This document shows, one piece after another, positions 13,351-23,872 of a stretch of 64,000 bases of DNA; position 1 is the stretch's first letter, and every line of letters begins with the position of its first letter. Under the pieces are notes generated by a model, which searched no databases, was not told the DNA's origin, and was given only the letters and a program-made list of their open reading frames with translations. The stretch comes from Octopus vulgaris (taxonomy: Eukaryota), in contig OX597816.1 of NCBI GenBank assembly GCA_951406725.2, positions 97,588,001 to 97,652,000 on the forward strand, given 5' to 3'. The translations under genes and the position numbers were made by a program.

Positions 13351-13472
13351 TGTTGCCTTCTACTTGAGATAATTATAAGTACGTGTGAGTTGACTGTTGC
13401 CTTCTACTTGAGATAATTATAAGTACGTGTGAGTTGACTGTTGCCTTCTACTTGAGATAATTATAAGTACAT
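13351..13472. repeat. 44-bp tandem repeat, about 2.7 copies
   Basis: tgttgccttctacttgagataattataagtacgtgtgagttgac at 13351 and 13395, with a partial copy at 13439. Confidence 0.97.
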
Positions 13473-13474
13473 GG

Positions 13475-13696
13475 AGAGTTGGAAGAAGAGAGAAGCATCT
13501 TGGTGGACACAGTTAAATACCACCAGTCTGCGAATAGGTACAGCAGATGGTGACAAGGAGATCACCAATGGGGCTTCCCATTCCTGGGTAATCAAGAAAC
13601 AAAAGTAGAGGTCAAATGAGTGTTTACTACCACAGTGATCATTGGGCGCGGTGACCTTGGAAGAAACCAAATCACCTTGTTCTGATTTAATTATTA
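13475..13696 (-). other. Conserved non-coding segment, putative 5' end of a Dong-like element; paralogous to 15950-16177
   Basis: Shares blocks with 15950-16177 (gatggtga.aaggagatca.caatgg, ttcctg.g.aatcaa, ttggaa..aacca, accttgt, ttaatta). Lies on the 5' side of the family B element. Confidence 0.55.
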
Positions 13697-13797
13697 GTAG
13701 AGAAAAATCACACACACACACACACACAAATACTACAACAAATACTAATAATAATAATGCTAATACTATTATTATTTTTATTGCTATTATCATTATT

Positions 13798-14350
13798 ATT
13801 GAGTGAGAGAGCAGAGCATGCCATTAAAGTGACACTGAAGAAAAATTTACGAAGCCCAGTATACTCATCATGACTACCCATCTGATAAGTGAACACCAGG
13901 CATATGCATTATAACAATATATGCGCGACATGGTGATCTCACATCAAGACAAACAGCGCATGACCTTGCAGGTGGGACCCAGTTAGAATTTTCCTCACGT
14001 TGAGTAGCCCATCCTGCTCAAAAGGTCCCTGAATAAGGGTTGCTTAAGGATGTTGAACGAAACACCCATGTTCCCAGAGGTGAATTATCCAAATCCCAAA
14101 GAATTCCTTTCAACACATGGTTATGATGCTTCCCCACTAGTTCTACTTGTGATCAAAGATGTACATATCGTCAGCCACTTAGGGTTATGCTCAACTGGTT
14201 AAGGTCAAACAACTGACAAAAAAATCTGTGGTATTCAGCAGAATATTTGCAGTAGCCCATATTTTATAGCAAGACAAAACAATGTACATGGTAACACTTC
14301 CAATCAGTTGAGATGAGAAGCCATGGAAACTACTGCCTGCTACTGCATCA
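13798..14350 (-). mobile_element. Non-autonomous retroelement, probably RTE-derived, with an (AAT)n tail
   Basis: Minus strand starts tgatgcagtagcaggcagt, contains gggctactcaacgtgaggaaaattctaact (RTE-UTR-like) and ends ctctctcactcaataataat. Flanked by microsatellites; no ORF. Confidence 0.6.
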
Positions 14351-14352
14351 CT

Positions 14353-14454
14353 CTTCTTCTTCGTCTTCGTTTTCTTCTTTTTCCTCTTCTTCTTCTTCTT
14401 CTTCTTCTTCTTCTTCTTCTTCTTCTTCTTCTTCTTCTTCTTCTTCTTCTTCTT

Positions 14455-14520
<66 letters not shown>
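14353..14520. repeat. Compound (TTC)n-(ATT)n microsatellite
   Basis: Directly visible in the sequence. Confidence 0.97.
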
Positions 14521-14523
<3 letters not shown>

Positions 14524-15948
14524 TAGTTTTATTTTTATAGGGTGCTTTCACTTCACTACCGAGCGCAGCTCTGTGTGCCTTAGTTATGTGCTGTGATTTG
14601 TTGTGATGCTCTTATGGTTATTGTATGGAAAGTGTTCTGCGTAGGATGTGTGCAGTGCCTAGTAGTGCAATTTTCTGTATGTTATATGTGTTTGTAAGTC
14701 CTGGTGTTTTTGTTATGTATTTGTCTGAATATTTTTTTATCATGCGTAATGCACCTACTATGATAGGAATTATTTGTTTTTAGATTCCACATTCTGGTTA
14801 CCTCTATTTCCAGGTCTTTGTATTTTGAAAGTTTCTCCATTTCTTTTAGAGACACGTTGTTATCTGCCGGTATTGATACATCAATTAGAAAGCATTTTTT
14901 TTTTCTTCATGATCTCTGACAACTATGTCTTGTCTGTTGGCCTTAATTTCTCTATCTGTGTGTATCGGCCTATCCCAGAGTATGGTTGCTTTCTCGTTTT
15001 CTGTGACCTTTTCTGGTGTGTGCCTATACCATCTTTTTTCTGTTATTATTCCATAATGTTGGCATAGCTTCCACTGTATGTAGGTTCCAACTCTGTTATG
15101 TCTGTGAATATATTCCTTCTTAGCCAGGACTGGGCAGCTAGAGATAATATGATTTATTGTTTCTTGTCCATCTCCACATATTCTGCAGTTACTTGTTATA
15201 TTTCTTTTCATTACATGCTTTTGGTAATTTCTGGTGGGGAGGCTTTGGTCTTGTGCTGCAATCAAAAATCCCTCTGTCTCTGCTTTGAGTCCTGAGCTTC
15301 TCAACCATTGCTGGGATTTTTCTTTGTCTATTTCTTTTGCGTTTAGTTTAGTCCAGTATTTACCATGAAGGGACTTTTCTTGCCACCGGTTTATCATGGT
15401 TTGTTGCGGTTCTATTTTTAGTTTGGATTTCATTTGTTTTATAGCTTTCGTTGTTTCTTCATCTTCTTCTTCTTCATATTTATTAGGTGGTATGATTTCT
15501 TGTTTGTATTTGTCAGCTTCCTTAAATACTGAGAACAGTTTTTTGTTTTGCTCGTGTTTTGCCGCTATTTGTATCAGTTTTCCTTCCTTCTGAAGTAGAT
15601 ATTTTTGCAGTCCTATGGTGGTTATTTTATAGTAGTTTTCCAGCTGTATAAGGCCTCTACCACCTTCTATACGTTGTATATATAGTCTTTCTATGTCAGA
15701 TTTTGTGTGATGCATCCCAGATCCTGTCATTATTTTTCTTGTTTTCCTATCTATTTTGGTCAGTTCATTTAGTGTCCAGTGAAGAATATTGTAGCTGTAA
15801 CTTATAACAGGGACAGCTAAAGTCTTATCTAGTTCAGGGAATCCATGAACTAGATAAGACACAACACACACAAATGAAAGAGAAAATAAAAAAAAATTAT
15901 AGACGAGTTAGATCAATACTAAAACAGAGCTCAATACTAAAAACAAGA
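14520..15948 (-). mobile_element. R4/Dong-like LINE, family A copy 1; 5'-truncated with a 5' inversion
   Basis: Near-identical to 17015-18330. ORF 14885-15871 has CCHC (CRICGDGQETINHIISSC) and RLE motifs. 15838-15948 is the reverse complement of 18345-18459. The 3' end abuts (TAA)n. Confidence 0.95.
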
Positions 15949-15949
15949 C

Positions 15950-16177
15950 AGAAGGGGAAAGAAAAGCAGCCCAGGGAAAAAACAAAGTCCACAGGTCTGT
16001 AAAGATGGTGAGAAGGAGATCAACAATGGTACTTTGTATTCCTGTGCAATCAAAGGACAAAAGAAGTTTTATACTCTAGCGTTCAGAAGGGGTTAACTCT
16101 GTCTATTACTACAAGCGATCAAAGAGAGCGCTGACCATGGCTTTGGAAAGAACCAGTTAACCTTGTGCTTTTAATTA
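15950..16177 (-). other. Conserved non-coding segment paralogous to 13475-13696
   Basis: Colinear similarity to 13475-13696 in the same orientation. Confidence 0.55.
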
Positions 16178-16369
16178 CTGATAGAAATATACTAATATAT
16201 ATATATACTGATTTCTACATTGTTGAGCTTTTGAATTTTGGGACTTAAACAATGTTCCTTTTCTTCATATAGGTTTTACTGTGGTTTACAGTTTTCGTAA
16301 TTGTGCAGTTTGTATATATTGGCAGATGCTTATCTCCCTAATTTTTATCGTGTTTTTAATTTGTTGCAA

Positions 16370-16815
16370 TGAAAATGTATGATTACATATTCGAGTAGTC
16401 AGGGAGGAAAGAAGGGTAAAATTTTCACAGAAAATTGTAGCTATTAAAGTTTTGAATATGCTAAAGATGATCGTTTGTGTATCCGACCAGGAAAAAAACT
16501 GTAGTGTTCTTGCAATAAAAATGGTGTTTACATTATCGAATATTCAGTGAGAAAGAAAACGACAGAACAGACGGGTAAGATTTTCATAGAAAATTGTAGA
16601 TATTAAAGTTATTAAATTTTCTAAAGATGATCGTTTCTATGTCCGAACAGAGAAACCTGTAGCGTTCTGACAATAAAAGGTATGTTAACATTTTTTAATA
16701 TTCGGGGAGAAAGGAAAAGATAAGTATTCACAGAAGTTGTAAATATCAAAGTGCTTAAAAGTTATTAAAGATGATCGCTTATGTGTTCGCCCAGAGAAAA
16801 TTGTAGATATTTAAG
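16370..16815. repeat. Degenerate tandem repeat, about 145-160 bp unit, 3 copies
   Basis: aaagatgatcg recurs at 16463, 16623 and 16767, and gaaaattgtag-like and caataaaa motifs recur in register. Confidence 0.85.
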
Positions 16816-17014
16816 TTTCTAATATTATTTTAGGGGTAATTTAAAAGTACTTACTGGAGATTGTAGATGTTCCAGTTTTTGAAAGTTAGTTTTCAGTTTT
16901 TCTGCCAGGTTGTATTAGTGTTTCTGTGTCTTCCGCTACTGACTGGTCAGCCTAGCGAACAACACGCCCAGCCGCTGTTAAGGCTAGTGCTCTTCATTAT
17001 TTTTATTATTATTA

Positions 17015-19290
17015 TTCAGTAGTTTTATTTTTATTTTTATAGCGTGCTTTCACTTCACTACCGAGCGCAGCTCTGTGTGCCTTGGGTATGTGCTGTGATT
17101 TGTTGTGATGCTCTGATGGTTTTTGTATGGAAAGTGTTCTGCGTAGGATGTGTGCAGTGCCTAGTGGTGCAATTTTCTGTATGTTATATGTGTTTGTAAG
17201 TCCCGGTGTTTTTGTTATGTATTTGTCTGAATATTTTTTTATCATGCCTAATGCACCTACTATGATAGGAATTGTTTCTGTTTTCAGATTCCACATTCTA
17301 GTTACCTCTATTTCCAGGTCTTTGTATTTTGAAAGTTTCTCCATTTCTTTTAGAGACACGTTGTCATCTGCCGGTACTGATACATCAATTAGAAAGCATT
17401 TTTTTCTTCATGGTCTCTGACAACTATATCTGGTCTGTTGGCCTTAATTTCTCTATCTGTGTGTATCGGCATATCCCAGAGTATGGTTGCTTTCTCGTTT
17501 TCTGTGACCTTTTCTGGTGTGTGCCTATACCATCTTTTTTCTGTTGTTATTCCATAATGTTGGCATAGCTTCCAATGTATGTAAGTTCCAACTCTGTCGT
17601 GTCTGTGAATATATTCCTTCTTAGCCAGGACTGGGCAGCTAGAGATAATATGATTTATTGTTTCTTGTCCATCTCCACATATTCTGCAGTTACTTGTAAT
17701 ATTTCTTTTCATTACATGTTTTTGGTAATTTCTGGTGGGGAGGCTTTGGTCTTGTGCTGCAATTAAAAATCCCTCTGTTTCTGCTTTGAGTCCTGAGCTT
17801 CTCAACCATTGCTGGGATTTTTCTTTGTCTATTTCTTTTGCGTTTAGTTTAGTCCAGTATTTACCATGAAGGGGCTTTTCTTGCCATCGTTTTATCATGG
17901 TTCGTTGCTGTTCTATTTTTAGTTTGGATTTCATTTTTTTTATAGCTTTTGTTGTTTCTTCATCTTCTTCTTCTTCTTCTTCATGTTTATTAGGTGGTAT
18001 GATTTCTTGTTTGTATTTGTCAGCTTCCTTAAATACTGAGAACAGTTTTTTGTTTTGCTCGTGTTTTGCCGCTATCTGGATCAGTTTTCCTTCCTTCTGA
18101 AGTAGATATTTTTGCAGTCCTATGGTGGTTATTTTATAGTAGTTTTCCAGCTGTATAAGGCCTCTACCACCTTCTATTCGTTGTATATATAGTCTTTCTA
18201 TGTCAGATTTTGTGTGATGCATCCTAGATCCTGTCATTATTTTTCTTGTTTTCCTGTCTATTTTGGTCAGTTCATTTCGTGTCCAGTTAAGGATATTGTA
18301 GCTGTAACTTATAACTGGGACAGCTAAAGTGTTGATACCTATTATCTTGTTTTTAGCATTGAGCTCTGTGTTTAGTATTGATCTAACTCGTCTATAATAT
18401 TCTTTTTTTATTTTCTCTTTCATTTGTGTGTGTTGTGTCTTATCTAGTTCATGGATTCCTAAGTATTTGTAAGTTTGGCTTTGGTCTAATTCTTTTATTT
18501 CATTTGCTTCATCTAGTGTGATGTTGTTACTCTTAACTAGTTTTCCTCTTTTCATGGTTACTTTGGCGCATTTTTCTAATCCAAATTTCATATCTATTTC
18601 TTTGGTAAATCCATGAACTGTCTTTAATAGTGTTTCCAGCTGTTTGTCATTTGCAGCGTATAGTTTTAGGTCATCCATATATAAAAGGTGGCTGATCGTT
18701 TTGCCGTAACATTTATATCCGCATCCAGTTCTATTTAGCATATCAGATAGAGGTGACAGTGCCAAGCAGAAAAGGAGTGGAGAGAGCGTATCTCCCTGGA
18801 ATATTCCTCTTCTAATGGGGATGTCTTTGGTTTTCATGAGTCCCTCTTTTGTTTGGAGGTGTAGGACTGTTTGCCATTTATTCATAGAGTGCTCTATGAA
18901 TTTTATGATTGTTGGTGCTACTTTGTTAATGGCTAGTGTTTCGAGGATCCATGTGTGGGGGATGCTATCAAACGCCTTTTTGTAGTCAATCCAGGCCATA
19001 CTGAGGCCTTTCTTCTTTCTGTGGCTGTCTTCAGTTATGGCTTTATTAATCATTAGTTGATCTTTACAGCCATATGAGCCTTTGCGGCATCCTTTCTGCT
19101 CTTCTGGGAACAGTTTGTTTTCGTCCAGGTGCTTGTTCAGCCTTTGTGATATCACTGCAGTAAATGCCTTGAACATAGTAGGGAGGCAGGTTATTGGTCT
19201 GTAGTTTTCTGGTTTTTCTGTTTCATTTGATTTGGGAATTAAGATGGTTTTCCCCTTCGTGAGCCATTCAGGCATTGTCTCTGGCTCTGC
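17015..19290 (-). mobile_element. R4/Dong-like LINE, family A copy 2; 5'-truncated, young, inserted in (TAA)n
   Basis: (ATT)n on both flanks. RT, CCHC and RLE coding sequence, and a 3' UTR nearly identical to copy 1. Confidence 0.96.
17389..19275 (-). CDS. Reverse transcriptase, CCHC and N-terminal half of the RLE endonuclease (628 aa, 5'-truncated); the RLE continues in the -1 frame (17012-17400)
   Basis: YRPITCL, EEQKGCRKG, WIDYKKAFDS, GIFQGDTLSPLLF, LYMDDLKLY, CRICG..HIISSC and ANRPDIVV. The -1 frame continues CFLIDVSVP..KYKDL..PIIVGALG. Confidence 0.95.
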   Translation of the reverse strand: MPEWLTKGKTILIPKSNETEKPENYRPITCLPTMFKAFTAVISQRLNKHLDENKLFPEEQKGCRKGSYGCKDQLMINKAITEDSHRKKKGLSMAWIDYKKAFDSIPHTWILETLAINKVAPTIIKFIEHSMNKWQTVLHLQTKEGLMKTKDIPIRRGIFQGDTLSPLLFCLALSPLSDMLNRTGCGYKCYGKTISHLLYMDDLKLYAANDKQLETLLKTVHGFTKEIDMKFGLEKCAKVTMKRGKLVKSNNITLDEANEIKELDQSQTYKYLGIHELDKTQHTQMKEKIKKEYYRRVRSILNTELNAKNKIIGINTLAVPVISYSYNILNWTRNELTKIDRKTRKIMTGSRMHHTKSDIERLYIQRIEGGRGLIQLENYYKITTIGLQKYLLQKEGKLIQIAAKHEQNKKLFSVFKEADKYKQEIIPPNKHEEEEEEDEETTKAIKKMKSKLKIEQQRTMIKRWQEKPLHGKYWTKLNAKEIDKEKSQQWLRSSGLKAETEGFLIAAQDQSLPTRNYQKHVMKRNITSNCRICGDGQETINHIISSCPVLAKKEYIHRHDRVGTYIHWKLCQHYGITTEKRWYRHTPEKVTENEKATILWDMPIHTDREIKANRPDIVVRDHEEKNAF

Positions 19291-19328
<38 letters not shown>

Positions 19329-19381
19329 GTAGTAGTAGTAGTAGTAGTAGTGTTGTTGTTGTTGTTGCTGTTGTTGTTGTT
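19291..19381. repeat. Compound (ATT)n-(AGT)n-(GTT)n microsatellite
   Basis: Directly visible in the sequence. Confidence 0.97.
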
Positions 19382-19987
19382 CTTAATATTATTGGCTGTC
19401 AAGTCTAGCGCTGAAATTTGCACCTAATATTATTTCCAACTTCCTGTTCTGTTATTAGCAAATTACTAACATTGACGTTCATTATTTTCCATCCAGACCA
19501 TTTTTATGTACTTTTGAATGTTGGAAGCAAATTGTTTTCATATAAATGAAAACGAGAACTTTGCAGATGGAAAAACTACGTCCCTCAATAAATAGTAAAA
19601 ATCAGGATAAGCGAATGGTGTGAGAGAGCAGTGAGAAAATAAAGTAAAAGCTTTCTGGGGTATTAGTATATATCTTGATGTATTTAAATATTGCATTTAT
19701 ACTCGATACACTTTAGATGTCCGTAGATGGCATATACAAGTAGAATCCTCTTATCTCTGCAAGAAATAAATGTTACATGAATAAACGTAAAGAAGAATAG
19801 AAATTGCATTTGATCTTGAAACATTAGATTACTATATAAAGGCTTTACCATTAAATAAATGCCACGTGACATGAAAGTATTTTGATGAGCAAGATAGTTT
19901 ATCGGATGACAGAAGCGGAAATTGCATCTCTTACCAATATAGTTATGCTGTAATGCGTGATGATTTTACTGCTCGGGAAGATCAGAT

Positions 19988-20506
19988 CAAGATGAATCGT
20001 ATGTTATATACAGATACATCTCTACTGAAATTTGGTTTAAGTTCATATCTGTCAAATAACATTATTTAAGTAACGATGCTTCTAGAGGCACAATATTCAA
20101 TTTCACCCATGGAAAACAGATAATGCCAAAAACCACACACACACATCTCTCTGTCTCTCTCTCATCCACTCTTTATTTTTCTCTCTTCTTTAATTCTCCT
20201 ATGTCTCCATTTAATTAACGGAATCGTGGGAGTGCTCTTTGTATTATGCAAGGTTTTACGTAGGTTCAGGGAAGTTTATATGACGAATGAAAGTAAAATC
20301 ATCTACACGGTTATTGCGGCTTAATTTGCTATAAACAACGTAGAATTAAAGACGCGTTAAATATTTACTCGAAATATAGATGTTTTACCAGGTATAACTT
20401 TTGGATGAATATCATTCACAAACAAGAATACTATAGAAAATTGGAATATGAACTTAAACCAAATTTCAGTAGAGATGTATCTGTATATAATATACGATTC
20501 ATCTTG
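19988..20506. repeat. 61-bp inverted repeat (arms 19988-20048 and 20446-20506, 1 mismatch)
   Basis: caagatgaatcgtatgttatatacagatacatctctactgaaatttggtttaagttcatat and its reverse complement about 400 bp downstream. Confidence 0.97.
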
Positions 20507-21789
20507 GAATATTAGTCGTATAGAATTTATTTAGATATGCCGCATTTGTGCAAGACATCGGGAGTCTTATAAAGTTATCAGTTACTTCAGTAAACTTTTG
20601 TAACATACAATTCTACAAACATCACATTCCATCTTTAGAAATTTTACCGGGAGTAAATGGCTACTAACGTAGATAAGGTTAATGTAACCAATTTTCTTTG
20701 TGGATTGCCTGAGAAGATTTATATCAGGATGCAAAACTAGGATCGAAATAATTTAAGTCTTTAAATGACCTGTGTTTCCTAAATATCATAAAATAAAAAT
20801 AGAAGAAACTTTAAATTACAAATCATTAATCATTGCATATTTACACGCTCGCACGCACGTACGGACATTTTCTCTCACATCCCATTATTGATATTACCTG
20901 ATATATTTTATCCCGTAGTTCTTGATTTTTTTTTCTGAATTTATCTGAAAATCTGCTTCAGTTATGACAGATAATTAACTTACGCGGTTGATGTTTTGAA
21001 AAGATTATCTACATACTACACCAGACTGTAATCATAAAGTGCTCCCATTTGGTTATGCTTTTTTATATAGATGTATGTAAATGTATTCTATTTCTATGTA
21101 TATGTTATACGAATGTGCAACGTAAAATACATAAGATCTTAGAATAAACAGTTTACTGAATATTGTAACTAATGCGGGAATATACATACAATATTTGACT
21201 TAATGGAGATATTTGTGTGTTTGTATTCGTGCGTGAGTGTGTGTGTGTGTGTCCGTACGTGTGCGCGAGCGTGTAAATATGCAATAAGTAATGCATGCGT
21301 GTAAGTATGCAATAAGTAATGCAGACATTCAGTGCAGAAAATTCTTTCGAATACTACTTTGATATTTCTACCATTCTAACTTCAGACATGGCTTAGCTGC
21401 TTTGATGGATATGCATCTATTTGCATGTAATAGCGTCATATTAATGCAATTTTAACGTTGTTATATAATAATATCAGGGTGGTTGATCAATATCTACCTA
21501 TCAGTGTATCTCGTTATCTATTGTTGGAACTAAAATTTATTTCTTGCGCAATGCCTGAAAATCTATCATTGCAGGTATTTGGTTGCACATTTCTACACTT
21601 TGAAAATACGTTTATATATATTAGAGACATTTATGTTCATTGAAAGGAAGTTATGAAAGCATAGTGTCTAAAATGGACATGACGTTTTCGCCAGACATTG
21701 CTTTTAGCTATTTAAACATGATGGAAATATTTCATTTAGAATACGTATACAACAAAAAGGAAATTGATAGCTTCAAACTGTTATTTTTT

Positions 21790-21952
21790 CTGTTATTTCT
21801 TTCAGTAGTTGAACTAAGGCCATGCTGAAGCACTGTTTTCAGGCGTTTTAGTTAGTTATAACAGCCTCAGTACCCATTTTATTGATTTATCATAATCGAA
21901 TTGTTGGATGTGATGGGGTAAAATATTGAAGATGATTTCATTTGCCACAAAA

Positions 21953-21994
<42 letters not shown>

Positions 21995-22125
21995 GCACAT
22001 TTAGACAAACGTAGACCTTTCTCAGATTTCCGTCAATGAAATTTATTTCATAAAATTTTGATAAACCCACGATTAGTGTAGAAGACAACAGCTTAGAGTT
22101 TTATGTGGTTGTAAAGCAATTGTTT
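21790..22125 (-). mobile_element. Degenerate family A SINE
   Basis: ttcagt..ggccatgctgaagcac, a (CA)n tract and tttccgtc..gtagaagaca occur in family A order. Confidence 0.6.
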
Positions 22126-23044
22126 TTAACAATAGCTGCATTTGAAATTCTATTGTATTTGCAATTCACGTAAAATATTATTCAGGGCATTTTATTTAAT
22201 GGTCTAAATTCTGTCACTTATCCAGAGTCGTACCTGGGGATATAGTTCAGATTCTTATGCAACTTCATCTTCTAACAGTTTTATTTTTTTAAATGGTTTC
22301 TCGTTGGCTTGCGTAGAATCTTATTGCTTTTCGTGCATGTTCTTGACTATTTATAGAGTCCAGCAACAAAACTTTTATCACACACATACCTCATTTTAAA
22401 AAATCGTCACTAAAGTGTTGCTTAATAAGAAAGTTCATAGTATCAATTCCAAAGTATTACAACGATGTACATAAGTGTAAGGTGCTGCATTGAATTTCGT
22501 CGTGTTAGTCCATAACTTTTATACATGACAGACCATAGACAAAATGCAAACTCTGCTGTGGCATGCACTGAAAAAGAGCATACGAAAAACTACACAAACA
22601 TTTAGTAATTTGAAATTAAACAAAAATCATTTGTTATTATCTTTCCCGCAGAGTATAATCGTTTCTAGTTAGCATTTAAGTTCACTTGCTTAAAACATGT
22701 CAATAGGAATTGGGAATATTGTTTTCATGCTGATGGTAACTCTGATTTAATAATTCTTTAATAAGTCATATTTTTCAACTCTAACCAATTACATAGTAAT
22801 TTCCTTCATTAATAAATCGGTTTATAATGTGAAAACTGCAATTTGCGAATATGGTCAGTATACGAACAAAATATTTTCGAAGTTTCTCTTGATTCACTAA
22901 AATAAAGAAAATACTTGGCTGATAATGGTATATTCCTTACTGCCAAATACTTTCCCGTTGGACATTTAATGTTGATTTTATTATATATTGCGGATATAAA
23001 TAGTAGAATAAATAGAAAAAAATAGAATCATACACACACACACA

Positions 23045-23357
<313 letters not shown>

Positions 23358-23529
23358 TTCTATGTATATATGCATGTATGGGTGCATATGCGCGTCTGTG
23401 TGTTTGAGGTTTTGAATATATAATCGTTATCAGAAATAGATCTCATGCTTATATAACATGCGGTGTTTTCACTTCCTTGTCACTGAAATAATGTTTGCTT
23501 CTCAAACCCTCGTAGCGCAGAAGAGATGA

Positions 23530-23790
23530 TAATCTGAAGGCGCTAAATCTGGTGAGTGTGGAGGTAGTGAAGAAGTGGTTCAAAGAACAGTCAACAGAAT
23601 TTTACGGGGCAGCGATACATGCTCTCATTCGAAGGTGGAACATTGCTATTGATAGAAACGGTGACTATGTTGAGAAGTGGGGATGTGATCCACAGAGGGC
23701 CAGCTTTATTTTGATGTATGATACATGTTCCTGTGTTGGTAATTATACCTGTGCTAAACAGAATGGCATTACCTTTTGACCCTCACCCTC

Positions 23791-23791
<1 letters not shown>
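23530..23791 (+). mobile_element. mariner transposon 3' fragment with right TIR
   Basis: VKKWFKEQSTEFYGAAIHALIRRWNIAIDRNGDYVEK is a mariner C-terminus. Ends ggcattaccttttgaccctcaccctcg|TA (a TACGAGGG-type TIR). Confidence 0.88.

Positions 23792-23872
<81 letters not shown>

Noticed and set aside
13351-13472. Repeat of CRISPR-like length
   Set aside because: The units are contiguous without spacers, the context is eukaryotic and there are no cas genes.
15098-18100. Plus-strand ORFs overlapping the Dong copies
   Set aside because: They are antisense shadows of the RT ORF.
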